This document shows positions 9,514 to 18,250 of a stretch of 61,176 nt of DNA, in pieces. Position 1 is the first letter of the stretch. Each line of letters starts with the position of its first letter. The position numbers and the translations under genes were made by a program. Source of the stretch: a virus (Duplodnaviria; Caudoviricetes); the IMG/VR virus record IMGVR_UViG_3300028025_001824, positions 1 through 61,176 of that record; one strand, given 5' to 3'. The notes below the pieces were generated by a model that saw only the letters and a list, made by a program, of their open reading frames with translations, had not been told where the DNA came from and ran no database searches.

Positions 9514-9702
9514 GACCAGCATATTTTCAACATCTTCATTAGCAACCTCTAAAGCAAATGAGGCTTGCTTAACATCGAACTGTCGAGCATGGTGAACGCA
9601 AAAGTAAAGGTCGCCATGAATGAAACTGGCTCTTACGAGCGCGAGCGCTCCGCATCTGTCGCACCTATCTAAAGGCGTGAGACTGGTACGGAGCGTTTCC
9701 AT
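9499..9702 (-). CDS. small zinc-binding protein (DRCDRC...FCVHH)
   Basis: Actinobacterial-type CxxC/CxHH protein; leaderless TATGCT-6 nt-ATG. Confidence 0.75.
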   Translation of the reverse strand: METLRTSLTPLDRCDRCGALALVRASFIHGDLYFCVHHARQFDVKQASFALEVANEDVENMLVLHRF

Positions 9703-9741
9703 GTCTTAAGCATATCCGAACAGATGTTCGAATGTTTTGGC

Positions 9742-9770
9742 TTGAATATACAACCCCCGTATGGTATGCT
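9742..9770 (+). promoter_or_regulatory. sigma70-type promoter with AACCCCCGT box
   Basis: TTGAAT-17 nt (atacaacccccgtatgg)-TATGCT. Confidence 0.75.
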
Positions 9771-9795
9771 TGGTTTGTAAGAGAGAGGAGTAACC

Positions 9796-9930
9796 ATGGA
9801 AATCTGCGTGAAATGTGGCGTTCAAATTGAAAAGTTTGAAGTGTTCCCAAAGCAGGTCTGTGTGAAGTGCTACGGAATCCAATTCCAAAAGGAATGGGCA
9901 AGCATCGTCAAGGTCGGGAGGTTCAAGTAA
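9796..9930 (+). CDS. 44 aa CxxC-CxxC microprotein
   Basis: MEICVKC...VCVKC; GAGGAG RBS. Confidence 0.7.
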   Translation: MEICVKCGVQIEKFEVFPKQVCVKCYGIQFQKEWASIVKVGRFK

Positions 9931-10031
9931 TGAGTGAGCCAAGAATCAAATGCCTTGCTTGCAAAAAGAGAAAAACTTTCGACCAGATTGGCGAAGGCTT
10001 GGTATGCGTGGAATGTCAGGAGGCAAAGTGA
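9930..10031 (+). CDS. 33 aa CxxC-CxxC microprotein
   Basis: KCLAC...VCVEC; TAATG and GTGA overlaps. Confidence 0.65.
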   Translation: MSEPRIKCLACKKRKTFDQIGEGLVCVECQEAK

Positions 10032-10342
10032 GCCAGCAATACAAAGATTTTGAGTGGAAAACTCAAATATCCGCTGACGAGGGAACTGTAGATAACTACC
10101 TTTTCCGTGGCGATGTAAAGCCTGTAGCGCCTGATAAGGGCGACTTATGGAGAGCGCTTGAGTGGTTGGCTCTCTACGATGCTGGAGACGATTTAGAGGT
10201 CGCCCAAAGCCTTGCAAATGTTGTGGCGTTCTTATCGTTCGCCGCTGACACAAAAGAAAAACGCGAAGTCATCGCTGAGGCTAAGAGGCAATATGCCAAG
10301 GCTCATGGAATAAAAGTTTCCCAAGTTAGGTTAAAGAAGTAG
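10028..10342 (+). CDS. hypothetical protein
   Basis: GTG start with AGGAGG RBS, inside track ORF 9950..10342. Confidence 0.7.
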   Translation: MSQQYKDFEWKTQISADEGTVDNYLFRGDVKPVAPDKGDLWRALEWLALYDAGDDLEVAQSLANVVAFLSFAADTKEKREVIAEAKRQYAKAHGIKVSQVRLKK

Positions 10343-10368
10343 GATTATTAACCCCCGTATGATATGCT
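10340..10368 (+). promoter_or_regulatory. promoter with AACCCCCGT box
   Basis: TAGGAT-17 nt (tattaacccccgtatga)-TATGCT. Confidence 0.65.
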
Positions 10369-10390
10369 TAGATTGTAAACGAGAGAGGAA

Positions 10391-10783
10391 ATGCAAATGT
10401 CATCAGTAATCGAAAAGGTAAAAGTTCAGCCAAAGGTGGGCGACATTCTTTACTCATCATGGGGCTATGACCAGACCAATATTGAATTCTTTAAGGTCGT
10501 CAAGGTCAGCGATTTCTCCGTGTGGATTCAAGAAGTTCGCTCAGAGATTGTAGAAGTTACAGGCTGGGCGCACGAAAAGGTGATTCCAACTGATTCGTCA
10601 GATTATCAGGTTCGTGACTGGGATAACCCAGGCGCGTACATCACAAAGACTTATCCAATCCAACGCAAGAAAATTCAGTATTTCAGTTGGGATGCTGACG
10701 AGATTTATTATGTCTCTTTGAACTCCTTCTCACACGCTAAGTTGTGGGATGGAAAGCCAAAAGAAGCAAGCCACACACACTAA
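10391..10783 (+). CDS. hypothetical phage protein (VGDILYSSWGYDQTN motif)
   Basis: GAGAGG RBS; start at 10391 or 10397. Confidence 0.8.
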   Translation: MQMSSVIEKVKVQPKVGDILYSSWGYDQTNIEFFKVVKVSDFSVWIQEVRSEIVEVTGWAHEKVIPTDSSDYQVRDWDNPGAYITKTYPIQRKKIQYFSWDADEIYYVSLNSFSHAKLWDGKPKEASHTH

Positions 10784-10797
10784 CGAGAGGAAATAAA

Positions 10798-10968
10798 ATG
10801 GCTCTTACATTTGAAACTGAATACTTTCGATGGACTTGCGATTGTGGCAAGCGTGGCAATTTCTTGGTGTTTAACAAGGCTTGCCAAGCATCCGATAGGC
10901 ACATCAAAGAACACGAAAGAAAACTTGAATGGGGATTTTCAACTGATTTACAAAGAGAGGTAAAATAA
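10798..10968 (+). CDS. small Cys/His zinc-binding protein
   Basis: WTCDCG...RHIKEH; GAGAGG RBS. Confidence 0.7.
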   Translation: MALTFETEYFRWTCDCGKRGNFLVFNKACQASDRHIKEHERKLEWGFSTDLQREVK

Positions 10969-11376
10969 ATGGGATACACACATTATTGGGAATTTCATCA
11001 GGTGCCATCGGCAGAAAAGTTTGCTGAATTCATTGAGGGCGTAAAGCATCTGACTGCAACTGCTCAAGAAGCGGGAATTGATATTGGGAGTGAAAAGTAC
11101 GAATCCAACTCTTTGCGCTTTAATGGCGTAGGGGCTGGAGAGCATGAGGATTTCTTTATCCCACTTCCTGTAGGCGATGAAAGATACGATTACGGATTCT
11201 GCAAAACAGCCCGTAAGCCTTACGACACAGCCGTAACTGCATCGTTAATCCTTGCTAAAAAAATCTTTGGCGAAGATATTGAAATCAGGAGCGATGGCAG
11301 ATGGATTGACTGGGAAGGTGGGCAACTGCTCTTTGAATCCGTCTATGACATTCAGCCAGAATCGGTTCTAGCGTGA
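10969..11376 (+). CDS. hypothetical phage protein (MGYTHYW...FCKTARKPYD)
   Basis: 135 aa ORF with RBS. Confidence 0.8.
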   Translation: MGYTHYWEFHQVPSAEKFAEFIEGVKHLTATAQEAGIDIGSEKYESNSLRFNGVGAGEHEDFFIPLPVGDERYDYGFCKTARKPYDTAVTASLILAKKIFGEDIEIRSDGRWIDWEGGQLLFESVYDIQPESVLA

Positions 11377-11597
11377 GCGATGTTCTGGAAAAAATGCGGA
11401 AAGAGCGCCATGAGCGCTGGCTCCGTGATTGGTCAGACGGGCTTGCCTGTTGTTACTATTGCGATAAGGAATACACGGATGCTCAGGTAGTCGTGGTTAA
11501 TGAGGAAAAGTCTTGCCCTCATTGCAAAGAACCCGAAAAAAAGACTTACTACTATTGCAAAGAGCATGGTAGTTCTAACGATGATTGCGAGCGCTAA
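11373..11597 (+). CDS. small Cys-rich protein
   Basis: CYYC, CPHC and CKEH motifs. Confidence 0.7.
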   Translation: MSDVLEKMRKERHERWLRDWSDGLACCYYCDKEYTDAQVVVVNEEKSCPHCKEPEKKTYYYCKEHGSSNDDCER

Positions 11598-11807
11598 ATG
11601 GCTGAAAAGAAGAAAGACACAAAAACTAACCTCGATACTAAGGTTTATTCAATCTCGGTTAATTTAACCGTGCAGATTCTTGCAGAGAATGAGAAGGATG
11701 CTCTTGAGCGCCTAGATGCTAACGGTGGCTATGTCACAAAGCGTGAGGTAGAAGTCATTAACTCAATTCCTCTTAATTCAACAAAGACACTTTCAGCCGT
11801 AGAGTAA
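11598..11807 (+). CDS. hypothetical protein
   Basis: 69 aa ORF abutting the convergent terminase stop. Confidence 0.65.
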   Translation: MAEKKKDTKTNLDTKVYSISVNLTVQILAENEKDALERLDANGGYVTKREVEVINSIPLNSTKTLSAVE

Positions 11808-13406
11808 TTACAAAGTCCACGGATTCGCTTGCGTGAAAGATAACGGCGAAATCGGTTCGTGAACAGTTTTATTCTCGTATAAGGCGAGGAGAATCGCTTC
11901 CGCTCGGTCAGGGGAGTGAACTCCTCGCTTTTTCATGTCCACTTTAGATTCAATCAAGATACGACCCGATGAATCGGATTTGAATGTTGGACCTGCTAAC
12001 TGAGCCAATACAGCGCGGTCTACATCTAGGCGTAATTCTTGCTTTTCATCTTTAGGTTGAAGCATGGCTCTGGTATTCCACCACATCTCGGCGCGTTGAT
12101 TCTTGAACTTGGCTTGGTCTTTAGGTCGCTCTGCCACATTGACCCCGATAACGGTTGCCTTTAATTGGCGCTCTTTGACCCACCTATCCAATAACGAGAC
12201 AACTCCCCAGCCCACGCCAATCGTGTCAATCTTGACTCGTACCGAATCTGGTACGGCTCTGCTCTTATGCTCGGCAACTGCTTTCTCTATCTCACCAATA
12301 ATCACACCTGCGACATCAACGGCGTTCGCGTTAGCCTTTCCAGATGAGCGATGCGTAATCGAGACTTTGTATCCATCTGCCTTTGCGATTACGAATTCAT
12401 CTCCGCCATCGGATGCAATATCCACTCCGAGACGGATAACGCTGGATTCGAGATAATCTTCGTTCTGTGTCGCCTGTTCTGCCCAATGGTAGGGAATGAC
12501 TTTTCCTGTTCCCGTTTGTGGGAATCGGGCATTTACACGGGCTTCAACGAATGGAGAATCTTCTCCGAATTCCCCGATTACATCATCCACCCAACTCTGG
12601 TCTACTAGGTGCGTAGCGACTGCGTGAGCCTCTACATGGGGTGGGCAACTGCGACATTGACCAGTTTCCTCACCCGTGAAGTTAGGGGTGTCATAAGCCC
12701 CGATAGGGATGTTTGTGTAGATAGGCGAATTGCAGATGCGCTCGAACCATGTCTGCTCTTGGTCTGTCGGTGGGTTACCCAATACTAGGAGGCGTGTGTG
12801 TCCACCCGTCATAAGCGCTTCAAGGGCTGAGCCAATCTTGTCCGAGATACCACCCGCTTCATCCACTACTACGAGCAGATGCGGTGCGTGGATACCTTGA
12901 ACTGCCGCTTCGTTATTATCGGCTGGGCGAAAACCATAGGCAACTACGGTGTCATCCATTTTCCATTCAGTCGTGAGGATTTCCCCAGGAAGTTGATTAG
13001 CAATGTGAACTCTGCGGATGTTTGCCCACATGATGTTTCGAACCTGCTTGAATGTTGATGCCGTAGTAATAGCCATGGCGGTTCCAGGCGGGTGAACTGA
13101 AATCCACCATGCAACGGCTCTCGCCGCTAAGTGAGATTTCCCAGGAGCGTGGCAAGCGGGAACTGTAGTTCTCTTATTGTGAATGATGGATTCAAGAATC
13201 TCGCGCTGTTTAGACCAGAGCGTTTCGCCTAATCCTTCTTCGATAAATCCAATTGGGTCATTCTCATATCTAGCCCATGGGTTTTCTATCTCAGCATCAA
13301 GAATTACACCTAACGCATTTTTCTCATCATCGGTAAGTGAGAGATAAATCTTTGTTCTCTCCTCGGGCGTGGCATTGAGAACGAGGTCTACTAGCCGTTC
13401 AGCCAT
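11808..13406 (-). CDS. terL: terminase large subunit
   Basis: ACHAPGKS Walker A variant, VVVDEA Walker B, LGNP, RNase H-like GVDIA...SPDRAEA. Confidence 0.92.
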   Translation of the reverse strand: MAERLVDLVLNATPEERTKIYLSLTDDEKNALGVILDAEIENPWARYENDPIGFIEEGLGETLWSKQREILESIIHNKRTTVPACHAPGKSHLAARAVAWWISVHPPGTAMAITTASTFKQVRNIMWANIRRVHIANQLPGEILTTEWKMDDTVVAYGFRPADNNEAAVQGIHAPHLLVVVDEAGGISDKIGSALEALMTGGHTRLLVLGNPPTDQEQTWFERICNSPIYTNIPIGAYDTPNFTGEETGQCRSCPPHVEAHAVATHLVDQSWVDDVIGEFGEDSPFVEARVNARFPQTGTGKVIPYHWAEQATQNEDYLESSVIRLGVDIASDGGDEFVIAKADGYKVSITHRSSGKANANAVDVAGVIIGEIEKAVAEHKSRAVPDSVRVKIDTIGVGWGVVSLLDRWVKERQLKATVIGVNVAERPKDQAKFKNQRAEMWWNTRAMLQPKDEKQELRLDVDRAVLAQLAGPTFKSDSSGRILIESKVDMKKRGVHSPDRAEAILLALYENKTVHEPISPLSFTQANPWTL

Positions 13407-13408
13407 CT

Positions 13409-13924
13409 CTACCTCTTTCGAATTGCTAAGACTTTCGCTATCTTATCTTCTAAATCGCCCATTTCAATCTGTACCTTAATCGCTTCACCATTGCTTCCGC
13501 CAATTTCAAATCTATCTGTCTTGCCGAACTCCTCTGGTACTTGGCGCTCAAGCCACCACGCCGCCGCTCTCCAATCTCCATCGTTACCGCTCTTGGCGAT
13601 AACTGCAACCTTTTTAGTAATTGCCTCTGCTCTAGCCTGTTCGACTCGCTGTAAAAATTGTAGAAATATAACTTCGGTGGGATTATCTTTTGCGTTTGGC
13701 ACTAGCGCTTGGCGTTCTCTTTCAGCCAATCCGCGACTCATCCAGTTATAGAAAGTCTTTTCCGCTATCCCTGAAGCGGTAACTGCCTTTCGAACAGGTG
13801 TTCCAATTCGAATATAGTCAAGGAGGGTTTGCTCTTTAACTTCTTCAAGGAGCGCAGTAGGTCGCCCAGCCGTCTTTTTGGCAGATGCCTTCGCTGGTTG
13901 CTTCTTCGCTACTGTTGATGCCAT
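13409..13924 (-). CDS. terS: terminase small subunit
   Basis: GRPT..., HTH, DWRAAAWWLER..P.EFG; directly upstream of terL. Confidence 0.8.
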   Translation of the reverse strand: MASTVAKKQPAKASAKKTAGRPTALLEEVKEQTLLDYIRIGTPVRKAVTASGIAEKTFYNWMSRGLAERERQALVPNAKDNPTEVIFLQFLQRVEQARAEAITKKVAVIAKSGNDGDWRAAAWWLERQVPEEFGKTDRFEIGGSNGEAIKVQIEMGDLEDKIAKVLAIRKR

Positions 13925-13928
13925 TGGC

Positions 13929-15119
13929 TTATTCTACCTCGGTTGTACACGCTTCTAATGGTATCTGTAATAACTCGGCTATGTCAGTCCAACCGTATAT
14001 CGTGTTAGCCCATGTATTCAAATCCTCGGTGTGAACTCGCATCGAATGATTGCCCACTCGGATATTTGTTCGACCAATTGGGATATGCCCAGGCTTGGTC
14101 TTTCCTCCTGAAAGAATCTCGGCTACTTCTTCCCTAGAGAATCCCGTTCCCTTGGTACTTGTACTGGTCAGTAACTTATTTAGTTCTTGAGAGTCATAAG
14201 TGGCAAGGTCTGAAGTTCGGTTATCCACGATGAGGATTTTGATTTCCTCTACATCATCTACTTCAATCCAATGCACGGCTATCTTCTCCCAGCCAAGTTG
14301 AACTGCCGCTTGAAGTGTATGGTTTCCCGATACGCAATGCTTCGTAGGGCGATTGACCACAATCGGTCTGTACTGCCCCATGGTTGAGAGTGAATCAATG
14401 ATTGCTCCAATATCACCCTCACGCGGATTTAAGGGGTGAGTAAGAATCTCGTTCACGGATACGGTTTCTACATCTTCAGGCGAACTCTCCGAGCGCTCCT
14501 CAATCCGTTCTGGCTTCTCCATGATTCGCTCTGGAAATCCTAGGCGCTGTTTAATCCCTGCGTTGGCTTTGCTCTTAGTCTTTCCGAACTCCTCGTAAAG
14601 TTGCTCTTTCCACGCATCGTAGGCATCTTGCTCAACTGAGAACTTCCACGCCGCTATCTTTACCTCGGGGTCATCCTTTAGGTTCCCAGAGGTTCCCAAA
14701 GGTTCCTTTTGGTCACCTGATATGAGACGGTCAAGCGTATCTACCTCGGACTGTGTGAATCCCGTGCCATCCAACTCAGGAAGCGCTTGCAAGAGGCTTT
14801 TGAGAAGTGGCTCGTTATATCCAGCAAGGTCAGTTAGGCGGTTATCGGCTAGAACAATCTTCTTGGCTGTGTCATCGTCTACATCAACGAGAACTGCCTT
14901 TATCTTTTTCCAACCAAGTTTCTTAGCCGCTTTAAGAGTGTGATTACCTGCGAGAACAAACTTGGTACTCGCTTGAACCACGATAGGGCGATATTGACCA
15001 TGAGCAGTAAGCGATGATGCAATGGCATCTATGTCTCCTCGTCTCGGATTAGTAGGGTAGGCGGTCAGCGAACTGATACTTACGCTTTGAATGTTTCCCG
15101 TCTGGATATTGGCTTTCAT
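13929..15119 (-). CDS. tandem ParB/Srx-like domain protein
   Basis: Two copies of NPR.GDI.AI..SL...GQYRPIVV...GNHTL.AA..LGW.KI...DNR. Confidence 0.85.
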   Translation of the reverse strand: MKANIQTGNIQSVSISSLTAYPTNPRRGDIDAIASSLTAHGQYRPIVVQASTKFVLAGNHTLKAAKKLGWKKIKAVLVDVDDDTAKKIVLADNRLTDLAGYNEPLLKSLLQALPELDGTGFTQSEVDTLDRLISGDQKEPLGTSGNLKDDPEVKIAAWKFSVEQDAYDAWKEQLYEEFGKTKSKANAGIKQRLGFPERIMEKPERIEERSESSPEDVETVSVNEILTHPLNPREGDIGAIIDSLSTMGQYRPIVVNRPTKHCVSGNHTLQAAVQLGWEKIAVHWIEVDDVEEIKILIVDNRTSDLATYDSQELNKLLTSTSTKGTGFSREEVAEILSGGKTKPGHIPIGRTNIRVGNHSMRVHTEDLNTWANTIYGWTDIAELLQIPLEACTTEVE

Positions 15120-15766
15120 TTAACAAAGAGCCAAGCCTCGAAATTGTAAAACTTCCAGAACATCGTGCCGACTGTGAAGCCAGCGTTCTCAGCCATAATG
15201 TAATTACGCATTGAGGTATTGGTCTGCATGATAGGGCGAAGGTCTCGCTCTTTCTTCATAATCTCGGATGCGCTGAAGTGAAGGCGCTTGAAGTCGTAGT
15301 ACGCCGAATTCATAACACGCTCAAGTTCTCCAGACTCCTCATGCACTTTCTCAGCCCAGATAAAAGCCCCGCCTTCAGCCAACTCATCGTAGACAAGGCT
15401 CAAGATATTAGGGCGGTCTGCCAATGGGAGGAACTGAAGCGTAAAGAGTGAGATGACCAAAGATGGAGTCTTGCCCAGATTCTTAAATGAGCGTAAATCC
15501 TTTTGGACATATTGAACTTCGTCATGGCTCTCAGGTAACAAATTGCCAGAAATATCAATCCCTAGTTTGGCTCCTTGAAATGGAATGGACTCAAGAAGTT
15601 TGCCTGTCGAGCATCCTAAATCAACAATACTAAAATCTTCTTTTGCGTAGAAGGTAGCCAAGTCTCGAACTGAATCATTCAAAAGGTGGTAATTCGGGAT
15701 GGACTTAGCGATGTGGTCATCAAAGTCTGTAATCGTGTCAAATGAAAATGGCTCAGTAGAACTCAT
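15116..15766 (-). CDS. cmoA: CmoA-like carboxy-S-adenosylmethionine synthase
   Basis: FDDHIAKSIPNY, DLGCSTG, FTLQFL, AEK, DFKR..FS.SEI..K and F.NF match the CmoA pattern. Confidence 0.75.
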   Translation of the reverse strand: MSSTEPFSFDTITDFDDHIAKSIPNYHLLNDSVRDLATFYAKEDFSIVDLGCSTGKLLESIPFQGAKLGIDISGNLLPESHDEVQYVQKDLRSFKNLGKTPSLVISLFTLQFLPLADRPNILSLVYDELAEGGAFIWAEKVHEESGELERVMNSAYYDFKRLHFSASEIMKKERDLRPIMQTNTSMRNYIMAENAGFTVGTMFWKFYNFEAWLFVK

Positions 15767-16826
15767 GTAATTTTCTCCCCATTGCTTCAACTACTGGAAT
15801 CGTGATTGTGCGCCCACATCTTTCGTAGCGCTGTGTGTCTGGAACTCTTGACCCGTCTGCATAAAACTCTGTCCAGCCATCGGGTAATCCTTGCAAGCGC
15901 TCGCACTCAAGCGGTGTGAGTTTACGAATCCCAAAACTTTCCTCGTCTCCGATTTGAACTCCGTGTCTATCCTGCGCGGTAATTGTGTACATTGGGTCGC
16001 CATCATCTTTAATCATGCGCCCGTTTGGACTCTTATTGACACGGGCTACATCTAAGACAGGGCGAACAAAAGGCACATTTCCCCCACCCGTACCCATTTG
16101 AGCGAGAAGGGTTGGAACTATTCCATCCTCATAGGTACGCATTGCCTTATCTCTACGGCTCCATGTCTCAACTACATAAGGTCGAGAGTTTCCGCCTTTG
16201 TAGTAATGAGCATCTATGGTTGGAGAAATGTCGGAGAAAAGCCCCGACCTTCCTTTTTGTTGGCGGATGTTCTCCGCATTATCTCCGCTACCTGTTTTTC
16301 CGATAGGGAATACTTTGGGTCTGGCGTGGCTTCTAAGATTTGCGATAAGGAATACCCGCTCTCGGTGCTGTGGGATACCGAAGTTTTGGCTGTCAAGCAA
16401 CTCCCATTGACAGTCATACCCCATTTCATCCAAGACTGCCAAGATGATTCCAAAGGTTCTTCCTTTGTCGTGGTTGAGGAGTCCTTTGACATTCTCAAAT
16501 AAGATGTACGGTATTCCTTTATCCCGAGCGAGGCGAAACATTTCAAAAGCGAGTGTGCCTCTAGTGTCCTCCAAAGAGAACCCTGTTCTGTTTCCCGCAG
16601 TTGAAAAAGTTGCACAAGGAAATCCTCCAACGAGGAGGTCGGCATCTGGAAGGTCTCCAGCGGAAACATCTCTAATGTCTCTGCCATCTGGTTTGTCTCC
16701 GAAGTTTCTTTCATAAATACTCCTTGGTTTGTCTAGCCACTCATTAGCCCATACGCACTCATGCCCAGTATTTTCTAAGCCGAGGCGAAATGCACCAATG
16801 CCAGCAAATAATTCAATGAACTTCAT
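15753..16826 (-). CDS. C5-cytosine DNA methyltransferase family protein (possible carboxymethyltransferase)
   Basis: FAGIG (I), GFPC (IV), ENV (VI), QHRER (VIII), RKLTPLECERLQG (IX); motif X reads CGRT instead of GN. Confidence 0.9.
   Translation of the reverse strand: MKFIELFAGIGAFRLGLENTGHECVWANEWLDKPRSIYERNFGDKPDGRDIRDVSAGDLPDADLLVGGFPCATFSTAGNRTGFSLEDTRGTLAFEMFRLARDKGIPYILFENVKGLLNHDKGRTFGIILAVLDEMGYDCQWELLDSQNFGIPQHRERVFLIANLRSHARPKVFPIGKTGSGDNAENIRQQKGRSGLFSDISPTIDAHYYKGGNSRPYVVETWSRRDKAMRTYEDGIVPTLLAQMGTGGGNVPFVRPVLDVARVNKSPNGRMIKDDGDPMYTITAQDRHGVQIGDEESFGIRKLTPLECERLQGLPDGWTEFYADGSRVPDTQRYERCGRTITIPVVEAMGRKLHEFY
16214..16714 (-). CDS. nested alternative-frame ORF resembling the M.EcoHK31I-type beta polypeptide
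   Basis: 166 codons open inside the MTase; WGM..NG...SLSQILE...KYSLS...IMRR. Confidence 0.5.
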   Translation of the reverse strand: MKETSETNQMAETLEMFPLETFQMPTSSLEDFLVQLFQLRETEQGSLWRTLEAHSLLKCFASLGIKEYRTSYLRMSKDSSTTTKEEPLESSWQSWMKWGMTVNGSCLTAKTSVSHSTESGYSLSQILEATPDPKYSLSEKQVAEIMRRTSANKKEGRGFSPTFLQP

Positions 16827-16857
16827 TAACCTTTACCTAACTCTCTCTAAGTAAAGG

Positions 16858-17157
16858 CTAAAGCGCTGGCTTTGCTGGGCGACCTCTACGGCGTACTAGA
16901 TTTCCAGCCTCGTCATAAACGGGCGCTCGGTCAATATCGTTGCGGATGATTTTGTAAATCAACTGCTCTGAAACTCCCATGGCATCTGCAATCTCGCGGT
17001 ATGTAATACGCTGTTTGCGGAGTCGCAAAATCAACTGCTTACGGCGCTTACCTAAATCTGAAATCTGATTCTGATGTTCTCGCATTGCGTTTGTAAGCAT
17101 ACGAACTTCATCTAAACCACGACCATCTAATTGTTCTGCTGTCTGTACATCGCTCAT
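16858..17157 (-). CDS. HTH DNA-binding protein
   Basis: ITYREIADAMGVSEQLIYKII; C-terminal RRGRP. Confidence 0.8.
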   Translation of the reverse strand: MSDVQTAEQLDGRGLDEVRMLTNAMREHQNQISDLGKRRKQLILRLRKQRITYREIADAMGVSEQLIYKIIRNDIDRAPVYDEAGNLVRRRGRPAKPAL

Positions 17158-17357
17158 TATTTCTCTCCTTCGAAGATTTCTTCCCAATTGATGTCGTCAT
17201 TGCTTGGATGGAACATCCTTTTATTTTGTCTAATCGCCTCTAACTCTGCGCTCATTTTTGCTTTGTGATAAGCAAGTGCATAAGCAATAAATATAGGTGC
17301 GAATAATACAAGAGTAGTAAATAATCCTACTACAGTCAATATTAAATTCCAGTTCAT
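17157..17357 (-). CDS. small membrane protein
   Basis: N-terminal TM helix; coupled overlaps. Confidence 0.7.
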   Translation of the reverse strand: MNWNLILTVVGLFTTLVLFAPIFIAYALAYHKAKMSAELEAIRQNKRMFHPSNDDINWEEIFEGEK

Positions 17358-17761
17358 GCTTTCCTCTCTTTCTTTGCCCCTCTTATGTATAGAACTAATG
17401 AATTTCTATCGTTTTGAGGAGGTAGAAATATCAGAGACTTCATAAACTTAGATGAGTCATCTGGCAAAATACCTGCATCAACGATTCCATCAATTGCCGC
17501 TTTTACTGCTGGGTTACACGCCCCTACATCCTGTAGGCGACCCCCTTTTTGGTGAGGTTCGACTGTAACTGAAATCCATTCCATCTCTGGCATCTTTTCT
17601 GATTTAGCCAGAACATAAAATGCCGAGCGCCAAGTCTTGACCAACTCAGCCCGTTCCCATCGGTTGCCAGCGCGTTCCCCGTTGGTTGTCCAAGGGCGTT
17701 GCGCCAACTCAAGGCGATAGACGAGTTGTTCATGTTCATCGGTTCTGCATAGGCAATCCAT
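17354..17761 (-). CDS. rusA: RusA-like Holliday junction resolvase
   Basis: D...PAVKAAIDGIVDAGILPDDS motif. Confidence 0.7.
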   Translation of the reverse strand: MDCLCRTDEHEQLVYRLELAQRPWTTNGERAGNRWERAELVKTWRSAFYVLAKSEKMPEMEWISVTVEPHQKGGRLQDVGACNPAVKAAIDGIVDAGILPDDSSKFMKSLIFLPPQNDRNSLVLYIRGAKKERKA

Positions 17762-17764
17762 GGC

Positions 17765-18151
17765 TTAAAGATAAGGGTCACCTGAACTCCTGTCGAATTC
17801 CCACTTCTCCCCGTCATTGAAGATTTTCCACGCTTTACCGTTATCGTCAATAAAAGGAATTTCCTCAGCGGACTCAACTTTGGTGAGCAAGAATCCTCGT
17901 TCCCTAGCCTTGTCTCGATAAGACTCAACCCAGCCATGACACCCAGTAACTCCCGAGCCACATAACAAAATTAGGTTTGCTGGCAAGTGCAACTGCTCGT
18001 TACGAGAACCGCCCATGCGCCGTGGAACTCTGTGATGAACTGACCAACCGAATCTATCCTCTAGCCCACCACATTTTTCGCATCGGTAATTGGCTCGGTA
18101 AAAAACTTGGAAGCGAACCTCATCACCTACCTTGAGTTTAGGTTTAGCCAT
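17765..18151 (-). CDS. HNH endonuclease
   Basis: CEKC...HHRVPRRMGG...NLILLC...CHGW. Confidence 0.85.
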   Translation of the reverse strand: MAKPKLKVGDEVRFQVFYRANYRCEKCGGLEDRFGWSVHHRVPRRMGGSRNEQLHLPANLILLCGSGVTGCHGWVESYRDKARERGFLLTKVESAEEIPFIDDNGKAWKIFNDGEKWEFDRSSGDPYL

Positions 18152-18250
18152 TGGAGTCTCGCGTTCGCCAAAGATTCTGTGCAACCAGAGCAGATGTGTT
18201 CGCTCGTTTGTAGCGCCGTAATCGAAGCCAATCTGCAAATCGGAATATCC

